This document shows, one piece after another, positions 54,393 through 63,461 of a DNA stretch of 64,000 nt. Origin of the DNA: an uncultured Clostridia bacterium (GTDB taxonomy: Bacteria > Bacillota > Clostridia > Tissierellales > DATGTQ01). Positions within the stretch are counted from its first letter, which is position 1; the number at the start of each line of letters is the position of its first letter. A program made the translations under genes and the position numbers. The stretch is taken from contig CAYUTQ010000010.1 in the NCBI GenBank assembly GCA_964447805.1, positions 66 to 64,065 on the forward strand, given 5' to 3'. The notes under the pieces were generated by a model. That model worked only from the letters and a program-made list of their open reading frames with translations, ran no database searches and was not told where the DNA came from.

Positions 54393-55748
54393 CTATCTTC
54401 TAATTAATTTGCCTAAATTATTTTCTTTTATTTCATCATTTTCTACTGCTATTTTCCCATTTATAATTACATATTTGATACCCTCTGGAGATAATGCAGG
54501 ATTATTAAAAGTAGCCCTATCTCTTATATTATCAAAATCAAAAATAACAATATCTCCATCAGAACCAATGCTTAAATTTCCCTTATTTATACCAAATATT
54601 CTAGCAGGAAGAACTGTCATTTTTTCAATAGCTTGATATAAAGTTAAAATATTCTTTTTTCTTACATATTCACTAATAACCCTAGGAAATGTACCTGCTG
54701 CCCTAGGATGTCCTTGAAAATTGTGCATAAATCCATCACTAGCTATAGCTACATTAGGATGAGCTATAGCCTTGTCTACTTCTTCTTCATTCATTACATG
54801 ACCAACAGTTATAGTATTGGGATATTTATCCCTCAACTCTTTAAACATTTCTTCATTGCATCTTTGCCCTTTGTATTTTCCTTCTGCTATTTCAATACTT
54901 TCATAAGTCGTATTATATCTTTCTAAAAAGCCTTCATCATAAGTAGTTTCACCTATTCCTGTACTAAAAGCATTATAAGGATAGCAATCAGAAGAAACAT
55001 TGAGGCCATTGCTTTTATAATAATCTATCAAAGCTAATAATTCTTCCATTTGCCCATAAGCTCCCATACTACCTATATGAGATATTTGAATAGGTATATC
55101 TAGTTTAAGCCCAATATCAATAAACTCCTTAGCAGCAGCTATTACATTATAAGCATCATCCCTTATATGAGCAGCTACTACTTTATCACTTTTTTTACAA
55201 GCAGAAGAAACATTCAATAATTCTTCTTCCTTCAATCCTGGAATATATCTAATTCCAAAAGATATTCCTAGACATCCCATTTTTAGATATTTCAATGCTC
55301 TTTTTTTCATGTTTATAATTTGTTCACTAGTAGCTTCGCCATACTTATCATCAATATTTTCTAATTTTCTAAGAACCCCATGAGGAACTAACATACCTAA
55401 ATTTATAGGTATTCCTAATCTATGGACAGCATCTAAGTATTTAGGTATATTGTCTGGCCCAGTGCCACAGTTTCCACCTATAGCTGTTGTTACCCCCATT
55501 TTCAACATACATTGAAATATACTAATATTAAATTGGTCTTCCCCTTCATCATAAAAATCTTCATGCATATGACAATCAATAAAACCAGGAGATACTATTA
55601 AGCCTTCTCCATCAATAATTTTATCTCCCTTCAACAATTCATTGGAAATCTCAGCTACCTTCCCATCTTCAATAGCAATATTTAATTTAGAAGAAATTTT
55701 ATTATAAGGATCTATTAAATATCCACCATTTATAACTAATCTTCCCAT
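54393..55748 (-). CDS. Amidohydrolase-superfamily enzyme, N-acyl-D-amino-acid deacylase (D-aminoacylase)-like
   Basis: HxH metal motif PGFIDCHMHED, and a family-typical GG.LIDP N-terminus and SDG...HPR region. The ATG at 55748 has SD GGAGTGA. An alternative ATG at 55769 overlaps the murJ stop (ATGA). Confidence 0.7.
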   Translation of the reverse strand: MGRLVINGGYLIDPYNKISSKLNIAIEDGKVAEISNELLKGDKIIDGEGLIVSPGFIDCHMHEDFYDEGEDQFNISIFQCMLKMGVTTAIGGNCGTGPDNIPKYLDAVHRLGIPINLGMLVPHGVLRKLENIDDKYGEATSEQIINMKKRALKYLKMGCLGISFGIRYIPGLKEEELLNVSSACKKSDKVVAAHIRDDAYNVIAAAKEFIDIGLKLDIPIQISHIGSMGAYGQMEELLALIDYYKSNGLNVSSDCYPYNAFSTGIGETTYDEGFLERYNTTYESIEIAEGKYKGQRCNEEMFKELRDKYPNTITVGHVMNEEEVDKAIAHPNVAIASDGFMHNFQGHPRAAGTFPRVISEYVRKKNILTLYQAIEKMTVLPARIFGINKGNLSIGSDGDIVIFDFDNIRDRATFNNPALSPEGIKYVIINGKIAVENDEIKENNLGKLIRR

Positions 55749-55765
55749 ATTTATCACTCCAAATT

Positions 55766-57319
55766 TCATCTTTTCTTTGACTTCAATAATTTATTAAGTA
55801 ATATTCTCATTTCTTTTATCTTCAAAATACTACATACAACAATATAAATAGCTAAACCTACAATTACAGATAATAAAAGAATTAGAAATTGTATTTTATT
55901 ATTATCAGGGAGCAATGAAGAAAGCCCAAAAAAGATTAAATTTACATTAAGCCCCATTATTATAGCTGCAATTAAAGTTTTTATAAAACATATTAAATAA
56001 TTTTTAAAATCCATAGAATCTTTCATTTTTCTTTTTAAATTCATAAATAAAAATATAGTAGTAATAATTGCTGATATACTTGTAGCTAACGCTAAACCAG
56101 CATGTGCCATATATTTTACTAAAATAATATTAAAAATTAAATTTACAACCACTGCTAAAACTCCATTAATCATAGGTGTTATTGTATCTTGATAAGAATA
56201 ATAAACTTTATTTAACATTATCCTCAAAGAAGAACTCACTAGACCCAAAGAATAAAAAATTAAAGCTTGACTAGTCATTAAAGTTGCAGTTTTATCAAAA
56301 GCTCCTCTTTGAAAAAACACCTTTACTACAGGTTCTGCTAATATTACAATCCCAACAGTAGCTGGGACAGTAATAATAAGTATTATATTAATTCCTTCTC
56401 CCATTATTTCCCTTATTTGTTCTGTGTCATTTTTATTAAAAGCTTTAGCTATCATTGGAAAAACAACAGTGGTAATAGCCATAACAAAAACACTAATTAC
56501 CATATCATTAATTTTAGATGCATAATTTAAAGCCGAAATACTTCCTTCTACTAAACTAGAAGCTAATGTTTTATCAATTATTGTATTTATTTGCTGTACT
56601 GTCGAACCTAAAAGTACTGGTAAAATTAAAACTAAAGCTTTATTTAAATATTTATCCTTTAAATCAAGTTCAAAATTATGTCTATAACCTAATCTTTTTG
56701 CTGAAGGTACTTGAATTAAAAATTGAGTAGAAGTTGCCAATACACTAGTAATCATAAGACCTACTACTCCAAATTTATTAGAAAAAATTAACAAATATAT
56801 TATAAAAACTAAATTAAAAGGTATTCCAGATATAGCTGGAGGACCAAATTTTTGACTACTATTAAGAAATCCAGTAAATACATTAGTAAAACCTAAAAAT
56901 ATAATAATAGGTAGTCCTATTCTATTTAATTTTACTGCTAAATCAAATTGTTCTCCAGTAAAACCCTTTGCTAATATTCGAATAATCACTGGTGAAAAAA
57001 AATATCCTAATACAGCTAGTATAGCTGTTATAAAAAAAATCACATTCAACATATTATTCAAATATTTTAATTTATGGACTTTTCCCTTTCTCTCCTCAAT
57101 TTCAGAAAATATAGGTACAAGAGTCGTATTTAAAGCCGCTCCTATAGTACTCATTATTAAAACTGTAGCTGTCATAGCCACAAAGTATGTATCTGTTTCC
57201 ATTCCAGATCCAAATTTTTTTGCTATAAGTACTTCCCTTAAAAAGCCTAAAAATTTACTAGTTAAAGTAAATATTGCTATTATTGATGCAGATTCTACAA
57301 CATTTCTTTTATTGGACAT
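55766..57319 (-). CDS. murJ: Lipid II flippase MurJ (MviN/MOP superfamily)
   Basis: 517 aa with 14 TM segments. N-terminus S..LGFLRE..IA..FG......D.YFVA is typical of MurJ. Confidence 0.9.
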   Translation of the reverse strand: MSNKRNVVESASIIAIFTLTSKFLGFLREVLIAKKFGSGMETDTYFVAMTATVLIMSTIGAALNTTLVPIFSEIEERKGKVHKLKYLNNMLNVIFFITAILAVLGYFFSPVIIRILAKGFTGEQFDLAVKLNRIGLPIIIFLGFTNVFTGFLNSSQKFGPPAISGIPFNLVFIIYLLIFSNKFGVVGLMITSVLATSTQFLIQVPSAKRLGYRHNFELDLKDKYLNKALVLILPVLLGSTVQQINTIIDKTLASSLVEGSISALNYASKINDMVISVFVMAITTVVFPMIAKAFNKNDTEQIREIMGEGINIILIITVPATVGIVILAEPVVKVFFQRGAFDKTATLMTSQALIFYSLGLVSSSLRIMLNKVYYSYQDTITPMINGVLAVVVNLIFNIILVKYMAHAGLALATSISAIITTIFLFMNLKRKMKDSMDFKNYLICFIKTLIAAIIMGLNVNLIFFGLSSLLPDNNKIQFLILLLSVIVGLAIYIVVCSILKIKEMRILLNKLLKSKKR

Positions 57320-57500
57320 AAAAAACCCCCCCGCATGAGTTTTCGCAGGACTCTTCCCTTATTCATCCCCTGACTCACTTTCTATAATAATATTATATCA
57401 ATCATTATATCATTAAATTTATTTTTAAAAAAGAGTTTTAAATATAGCATTTTTGTTAGCTATGCTACATTGGTTAACTTTATAATCTAATAAAACAAAT

Positions 57501-57530
57501 AAAAAATAGGGTCAAATTTTATACGACCCT
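57501..57530 (-). terminator. Intrinsic terminator overlapping the last codons of the GGDEF gene
   Basis: Minus strand AGGGUC-11 nt-GACCCU followed by AUUUUUUAUUU. Confidence 0.6.
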
Positions 57531-58822
57531 CCACCTTCATATTTCACCTTATATAAATTTTCATCTGCCCTTATTAATAAGTCATCAATATTTTCTCCAT
57601 TATCAGGATAAACACTTATTCCCACACTCACAGAAGGATCAATTATTTTATCTTTAATTTTTATAGGCTTTTTTATTTGATTAACTATTCTACAAGCAAT
57701 ATTATTAATATCCTTACTACTATTTACATTAGGTGTGAAAATTAGTAGTTCATCGCCTCCATATCTACAAGCCAAATCTTTGCTTCTTATATTTTTTATT
57801 ATTCTATCAGATACAGTCCTTAAAACAATATCTCCTACATAATGTCCATAATTATCATTTATTTCTTTAAAATCATCCAAATCCAAAATCATCAAGGCAC
57901 ATTTAGCTTCCTCTTCTTTTGCAATTTTTAGAAGTTCTTCTACATTATCTAAAAAAATCTTCCTATTATAAAGTCTAGTTAAATGATCAAAATAAGCCAA
58001 ATTTTTAATTATCTCTTCATTCTTCTTTTGATCCGTTATATCTGTAATTATGAAACCATAAGTATTTAATCCTGAACTATAACCCGATATTTGAACAGTT
58101 TTTTTAAGTTGTCTTATATATACTTCATCCATTCGCAAGGTTTTTCTTTCTTTAGCATAATTTAATATTTTTTCAATATCCTCTCTTCTATTTATAAATC
58201 TTTCAAATAAAAAAATGGCACTTTCCTCAAGTACTTGGGCTTTTCCCAAACCTAAAACTTTTAATAATATTTTGTTTATATCCAATATTATTAAATCTTC
58301 AAGTTCCTCTTGATTATTCACAACAACCATTGTATGCAAAAAACCTTTATCCATATTTTCAAATAAAAGTCTATATTTTTCTTCACTTTTTTCCAAGTTT
58401 TCTTCCAATTTTTTAAGATTTTTTATATAATTTTTCATTTGCTTTATCCTTATATATTCACTTGTCACATCTATAAATTCCATTAATATATATTTTTTTT
58501 CATCCTTAGAAAAAGCACTTATCTTTAAATTTTGCCTAATTGGACAAAGCTTGTTCTTTTTAGTAGCTATGAACTCTTTATGAAGTGCTGCAGAAAAGAA
58601 AAATTTTTGATTATTTTTAATAATATTATTAAAAGATTTTTCAAAAATTTTTTCTCCAAATCTAGGTAATACATTATATATCTTTTTGCCAAAGGCTTCC
58701 TCTTTAGAAATATCGGTTATATTAACCATATCTATATTCCAATAAACAATATTAAAATCCATATCTAGTAATACAATGCCCTCACTTATGTTATCAAAAA
58801 CTTCAAAACTACAATTGCACAT
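57512..58822 (-). CDS. PAS-PAS-GGDEF diguanylate cyclase (GGDEL variant, RxxD I-site)
   Basis: 436 aa. Has two PAS-like segments. The GGDEF domain reads DHLTRLYNR, DLDDFKEINDNYGH and RSKDLACRYGGDELL. Confidence 0.85.
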   Translation of the reverse strand: MCNCSFEVFDNISEGIVLLDMDFNIVYWNIDMVNITDISKEEAFGKKIYNVLPRFGEKIFEKSFNNIIKNNQKFFFSAALHKEFIATKKNKLCPIRQNLKISAFSKDEKKYILMEFIDVTSEYIRIKQMKNYIKNLKKLEENLEKSEEKYRLLFENMDKGFLHTMVVVNNQEELEDLIILDINKILLKVLGLGKAQVLEESAIFLFERFINRREDIEKILNYAKERKTLRMDEVYIRQLKKTVQISGYSSGLNTYGFIITDITDQKKNEEIIKNLAYFDHLTRLYNRKIFLDNVEELLKIAKEEEAKCALMILDLDDFKEINDNYGHYVGDIVLRTVSDRIIKNIRSKDLACRYGGDELLIFTPNVNSSKDINNIACRIVNQIKKPIKIKDKIIDPSVSVGISVYPDNGENIDDLLIRADENLYKVKYEGGGSYKI

Positions 58823-58823
58823 T

Positions 58824-59462
58824 TTAACCTTCTCCTAACTCTTCCTCTATTCCCCTAAGCCTTACTTTTAGATCCAACATAGTATCTATAGTAAATGTCA
58901 CAACTAATGCGCCATTTATTTCTGTATTTTCAATTTTAAACTTTACAAAAAGCATAAGCATACTATATTTAGAATTACTATTAATAATTTTTTTAATATC
59001 TATAGTTTCAAAAAAATTTACTTCTAACATAGAATAATCAACTTTTAAATCTAAAAAATTCCCTATACCACCTATTACAGCATTAAGTATTATGTTGCCT
59101 ATTTCTTTTATCACATCAAAATCAGCATCAGTAAACTCTTCAAGGCCATTAAAATTTATAGGTTCTTCTCCTGTACATAAATATATTAGTTCTTTTATAT
59201 GTTCTGCTGAAAATATAAGTTCTGCTTTTCCATTTAATTCGTTTTCAAATTTAAGTCTTGATATCATTAAAGCTCCTTTTAAAAAATCGGGCATTTCACT
59301 AGACTCAATTTTCTTTTCTTTGTCAATTACCTTTAATTTAGGAACCTCTAGTTCTACTTTTTTATCTACTATTTGTGAAAGAAGATTGGCAGCCTGTCCT
59401 ACATGAATATTTATAATTTCCTTTAAAATATCTTCTTCCATATTACTCTCTTTTTTAATCAT
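58824..59462 (-). CDS. CheC-family CheY-P phosphatase-like protein
   Basis: 212 aa. Has an exact D-X3-E-X2-N-X22-P match (DILKEIIN...P) and a second DVIKEIGN site ending in L. Gaps to both neighbours are 1 nt. Confidence 0.75.
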   Translation of the reverse strand: MIKKESNMEEDILKEIINIHVGQAANLLSQIVDKKVELEVPKLKVIDKEKKIESSEMPDFLKGALMISRLKFENELNGKAELIFSAEHIKELIYLCTGEEPINFNGLEEFTDADFDVIKEIGNIILNAVIGGIGNFLDLKVDYSMLEVNFFETIDIKKIINSNSKYSMLMLFVKFKIENTEINGALVVTFTIDTMLDLKVRLRGIEEELGEG

Positions 59463-59463
59463 T

Positions 59464-59826
59464 TTAACACATCCTCATAACTTCCACTAATTCATTTATT
59501 TTTCCCTCATTCAACGGCTTATTTACAACTTTCAAGACTCCCAGTTCTAATACCTCTTTTTTAACTTTCTCTTGTACATCTGCAGTCACAACTATTAATT
59601 TTGCATCAACATCATAATTTTTTATTTTTTTAATTAATTCCTTCCCACTCATTTTTGGCATTAAAAGATCTATTATAGTATAATCAGGATTTATTTCTTT
59701 ATATTTTTCAAATCCCATATCTCCATCATTAGCATAATATATTTCTACATCCTTTACTTTTTCCTTAATCATTTTTCCTTCTATTTTTCGTGTAAATCTC
59801 GAATCATCAACTATCAATATCTTCAT
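59464..59826 (-). CDS. Stand-alone CheY-like response-regulator receiver
   Basis: 120 aa. Carries VDDS, IIDLLMP (phospho-Asp), VVTAD (Thr) and NKP (Lys). SD AAAGGGGGAAG. Confidence 0.85.
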   Translation of the reverse strand: MKILIVDDSRFTRKIEGKMIKEKVKDVEIYYANDGDMGFEKYKEINPDYTIIDLLMPKMSGKELIKKIKNYDVDAKLIVVTADVQEKVKKEVLELGVLKVVNKPLNEGKINELVEVMRMC

Positions 59827-59913
59827 CTTTCTTCCCCCTTTAATCTACTTCAGTTATATCATACTACAACTTTTCAACAATAACAATACTATCTGCCACA
59901 AGGACATCTACTG

Positions 59914-60318
59914 TCAAACAAAACATCCTGTGGCAGACCAGTTAAAAATATTTTTTACCACAGCTTTGGAATAAGCTATACAATCTCCAGTAATTGAAAA
60001 AGATAATAATTCTCCTATATAATAAGTACTATTTAGAGATTGAAGACCTTCTAACTTATCATAGTAACCATTTCTAATTTCTTTTCCATCTACATGAGGG
60101 AAGTGTTTCCATTTTTTATATATGTGTAAATTGTTTATTTTAGCTCCTACCTTTTTTAAATCTTCTTCTACTCTAGTTTTTACTTTATATGCAAAAACAT
60201 AAAAATCATTATATTTTATCTTTGAAAACAATTCTTTTTCTTCCTTGGTCCCATCTAAAAATTCTAATGTTTCATCAAGAGGAAAAGCTAATACTAATTT
60301 GTCAAATTCTAATTTTTT
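59914..60318 (-). pseudogene. 3' fragment of an FAD-dependent (amine-oxidase/protoporphyrinogen-oxidase-like) oxidoreductase gene
   Basis: The frame is open from 60318 with no plausible start. The translation ...EFDKLVLAFPLDETLEFL...YYIGELLSFS..G resembles only the C-terminal third of roughly 430-aa oxidoreductases. Confidence 0.5.
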
Positions 60319-60420
60319 TCATTTGCAAATACTATTCTTTTTTCTTTAGTATTTAAATTATTACGTTTTAAAACATTATAAACTCCTCTTTCACTAATCT
60401 CTATTCCTAAATCATTTAAA
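60309..60420 (-). mobile_element. Remnant of a transposase N-terminal HTH region (IS scar)
   Basis: About 36 codons with no start, reading NLNDLGIEISERGVYNVLKRNNLNTKEKRI. This resembles the HTH segment of IS481/IS3-like transposases. Wedged between the galT stop and the oxidoreductase fragment. Confidence 0.35.
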
Positions 60421-61935
60421 TTATAAACTATCAAAAAGAACCTCAATACAACTTGCAAAAGCAGCCTTTCCTTCTTCTGTATCCTTAAAAACACCTGCAT
60501 CTTTTAAAATTTCTAAAAATATTTTCCCAATTTCCTTCCTTATTATATCTGTTACATTATCTTCTGTTAATGAATAATTTTTCAAAATATCTACTGCCCA
60601 ATCTCCATGTTTTTTCAAATCTTTATTATTCATTATTCCATCAATATCCTTCTTTAATAAATAACCTTCCAACATTTCCATTTCATATTTCAATCTTGCT
60701 GGTAATACTGCTAACCCCATAACTTCTATTAAACCAATATTTTCTTTTTTAATATGATGAAACTCTTCACGAGGATGAAAAATTCCATAAGGTCTTTCCT
60801 CTGAAGTCCTATTATTTCTCAAAACTAAATCTAATTCAAATAAACCATCTCTAAATCTACAAATAGGTGTTATAGTATTATGTCTTTCTCCATTAGTCTC
60901 ACTTATAATAGATACTTTTTCATCATCATAATTCTTCCATTTTAAAAATATTTCATTAGCTGCTTCTACAATATTATCTATATCCTTTCCTTTAAGTCGA
61001 ATTACACTCATAGGCCAATGTAAGGTACAAGCTTCAATATCATATTTTGTCAGTTGTACATGATTCCTTTCCTTAGCCATAGCCATTGGAAAATTATAAT
61101 TACCTCCTTGAAAATGATCATGAGCTAAAATAGAACCTCCTACTATTGGTAAATCTGCATTAGAACCTATAAAATAGTGAGGAAACATCTTTACAAATTC
61201 TAATAATCTTTTAAAGGTTTTTTTAGTAATTTTCATAGGCTCATGTTCACCTTTAAACACTATACAGTGTTCATTATAATATACATAAGGTGAGTATTGA
61301 AAGAACCATTCTTCTCCCTCTAAGTTAATTTTTATTATTCTATGATTTCCTCTAGCTGGATGATCAATCCTTCCAGCATAACCTTCATTTTCTTTGCATA
61401 ATAAACATTTAGGATAGGGAGACTTCTTCATAGCTTTAGCTTTTGCAATAACTCTAGGATCCTTCTCTGGTTTTGAAAGATTTATTGTTATATCCAAATC
61501 ACCATATGGACTTTCCTGTTTCCATTTTATATCTTTTGCAACTCTTTTTTCTCTTATATAGTTTGTATTTTTAGCTAATGCATAATAATAATCTGTAGCT
61601 TTTTTTGGAGATACCTTATATAAATTTTTAAATTCACTTTCTATAGTTGAAGGCATCTTAGTAAGCTGTGCCATAATTTTGGTATCAAATAAATCTAAAA
61701 CCTCTATACTATCATTTTCAACTCTATTATTTTCTACTGCCCAAGTCCTTATATTTTCCAATATATCTTCAACACCTTCAACTTCATCTATAGAATCTAA
61801 CGGTTCAATATAAGTATCTAAATCTAAAACTTCTAATATCCTATTAATTCCATAAATTCTATCTCTCTCATCTATTAAATCTTTAGATATTGCAAAATCT
61901 ACAAGTCTTTTAATTTCTCTATTTATGTCAATCAT
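60421..61935 (-). CDS. galT: Galactose-1-phosphate uridylyltransferase (type 2, long Gram-positive form)
   Basis: 504 aa. Motifs KCLLCKENEGY, YSPYVYYNEHCIV and GGSILAHDHFQGG. Confidence 0.93.
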   Translation of the reverse strand: MIDINREIKRLVDFAISKDLIDERDRIYGINRILEVLDLDTYIEPLDSIDEVEGVEDILENIRTWAVENNRVENDSIEVLDLFDTKIMAQLTKMPSTIESEFKNLYKVSPKKATDYYYALAKNTNYIREKRVAKDIKWKQESPYGDLDITINLSKPEKDPRVIAKAKAMKKSPYPKCLLCKENEGYAGRIDHPARGNHRIIKINLEGEEWFFQYSPYVYYNEHCIVFKGEHEPMKITKKTFKRLLEFVKMFPHYFIGSNADLPIVGGSILAHDHFQGGNYNFPMAMAKERNHVQLTKYDIEACTLHWPMSVIRLKGKDIDNIVEAANEIFLKWKNYDDEKVSIISETNGERHNTITPICRFRDGLFELDLVLRNNRTSEERPYGIFHPREEFHHIKKENIGLIEVMGLAVLPARLKYEMEMLEGYLLKKDIDGIMNNKDLKKHGDWAVDILKNYSLTEDNVTDIIRKEIGKIFLEILKDAGVFKDTEEGKAAFASCIEVLFDSL

Positions 61936-61949
61936 TAAACCACTCCTAA

Positions 61950-62939
61950 TTATTTTTCAAATCCATTTATATTGTTCTTATGAAACTTCCAAGCAGAAGA
62001 TATAATATCTTTTATCTCAGTATATTTAGGTTCCCAACCAAGAATATTTCTAGCTTTTTCTGAAGATGCTACCAAAATATCAGGATCTCCTGCTCTTCTT
62101 GACACAATTTCTTTATTAATAGAAGTACCTACAACCTCTTCTGCAGTTTCTACAATTTCATTTACAGTAAATCCTTGTCCATTGCCAAGATTAAATATAT
62201 TACTCTCGTTACCTTCTCTTAAATACTCCACTGCTAGTAAATGCGCATTTATTAAATCTTTTACATGAATATAATCCCTAACACATGTACCATCTTTAGT
62301 ATCATAATCATTTCCATAAATAAATATTTTTTCTCTTTTATTTAAAGGTACTTGCAAAACTAAAGGTATCAAATGCGTTTCAGGATTATGATCTTCTCCA
62401 ATAATACCATTAGGATGAGCTCCAGCTACATTAAAGTATCTAAGAGAAACATATTTTATATCATGAGCCTTATCTACCCATTTCATCATTTTCTCCATAG
62501 CTAATTTTGTCTCACCATATGGATTAGTTGGTGAAGTTTCATCTGATTCTTTAATAGGAATATTTTTAGGTTCTCCATAAACTGCTGCTGATGAAGAAAA
62601 AACTATTTTATTTACATTGTTTTCAACCATTGATTTTAACAAAACTTCTGTCCCATGAACATTATTATCAAAATATTTAAGTGGATATTTCATACTTTCT
62701 CCTACCAACGAATTTGCAGCAAAATGAATTACAGCTTCTATATCATGCTTAGAAAATATATTATTCAAAAACTGAATATTCCTAATATCACCTTCATAAA
62801 AAATTGCTTCCTTGTGAACTGCATCAATATGCCCTGTTTGAAGATTGTCTATAACTACAACCTTTTCTCCTTTTTCAATTAAATCATATACGCAATGAGA
62901 TCCTATATATCCAGCCCCACCACAAATAAGTATTGACAT
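61950..62939 (-). CDS. galE: UDP-glucose 4-epimerase
   Basis: 329 aa. Rossmann GGAGYIGSH, SSSAAVYG and YGETK (YxxxK). Confidence 0.95.
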   Translation of the reverse strand: MSILICGGAGYIGSHCVYDLIEKGEKVVVIDNLQTGHIDAVHKEAIFYEGDIRNIQFLNNIFSKHDIEAVIHFAANSLVGESMKYPLKYFDNNVHGTEVLLKSMVENNVNKIVFSSSAAVYGEPKNIPIKESDETSPTNPYGETKLAMEKMMKWVDKAHDIKYVSLRYFNVAGAHPNGIIGEDHNPETHLIPLVLQVPLNKREKIFIYGNDYDTKDGTCVRDYIHVKDLINAHLLAVEYLREGNESNIFNLGNGQGFTVNEIVETAEEVVGTSINKEIVSRRAGDPDILVASSEKARNILGWEPKYTEIKDIISSAWKFHKNNINGFEK

Positions 62940-63058
62940 ACTATCCCTCCTAATAATATCTCAACCAAGGAAGTACTTTACTTGGCTGACTAGTATATTA
63001 TCTTTAAATAATATAGTATAATAATATTATAACATTAAATATAGAAGGGAGTAGTTCT

Positions 63059-63442
63059 ATGGCAAATTTCCAAGATAAATTTCAAAAAGGTTTAACTAGT
63101 ATTCAAGATGGTTTTAAAAAAGGAAAAGATAAGGTAGTAACTTCTCAAGAAATAATGTCATTAAAATTAAAAATATCTGAATTAGAAAAAGAAGAAAAAA
63201 ATTTATTTGAATCTCTAGGAATAGCAACTTATAACACTTTTTACACTTTTTTAGATACTCCGCTTGAAAATGAAGAATTAAATAAATTAGTTGAAGAAAT
63301 AACAGAATTAAAAGAAAAAATCAATGAATTACAATCTCAAATTGACCAAAAAAATAAAACTAATGAACTTCGGTGCGAATGCGGAACAGAACTTTCTTCC
63401 ACAGATAAGTTCTGCAAAAACTGTGGAAAACCAGTAATTTAA
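63059..63442 (+). CDS. Coiled-coil protein with C-terminal zinc ribbon
   Basis: 127 aa. Heptad-rich centre and a C-terminal CECG...CKNCG. SD GAAGGGAG. Confidence 0.5.
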   Translation: MANFQDKFQKGLTSIQDGFKKGKDKVVTSQEIMSLKLKISELEKEEKNLFESLGIATYNTFYTFLDTPLENEELNKLVEEITELKEKINELQSQIDQKNKTNELRCECGTELSSTDKFCKNCGKPVI

Positions 63443-63461
63443 TAATACAGGGGGGGTATTT

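Noticed and set aside
57326-57332. G7 tract before murJ as a phase-variation switch
   Set aside because: An identical G7 run serves as the SD of the DmpA-like gene (63450-63456), and G-rich SDs (GGGGTGA, AGGGGG) recur in this window. The tract is most simply read as a normal SD variant. It is kept only as a low-interest note.
57512-58822. Calling the GGDEF protein catalytically dead because the motif reads GGDEL
   Set aside because: The Gly-Gly-Asp-Glu residues that contact substrate and metal are intact, and the RxxD I-site is present. A Phe-to-Leu change alone is insufficient evidence for inactivity.
60421-60500. N-terminal part (MQVFLRIQKKERLLLQVVLRFFLIV) of the 63-aa ORF at 60309-60500
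   Set aside because: This portion overlaps the 3' end of galT in another frame and is hydrophobic nonsense. Only the part downstream of the galT stop looks like a transposase HTH remnant.
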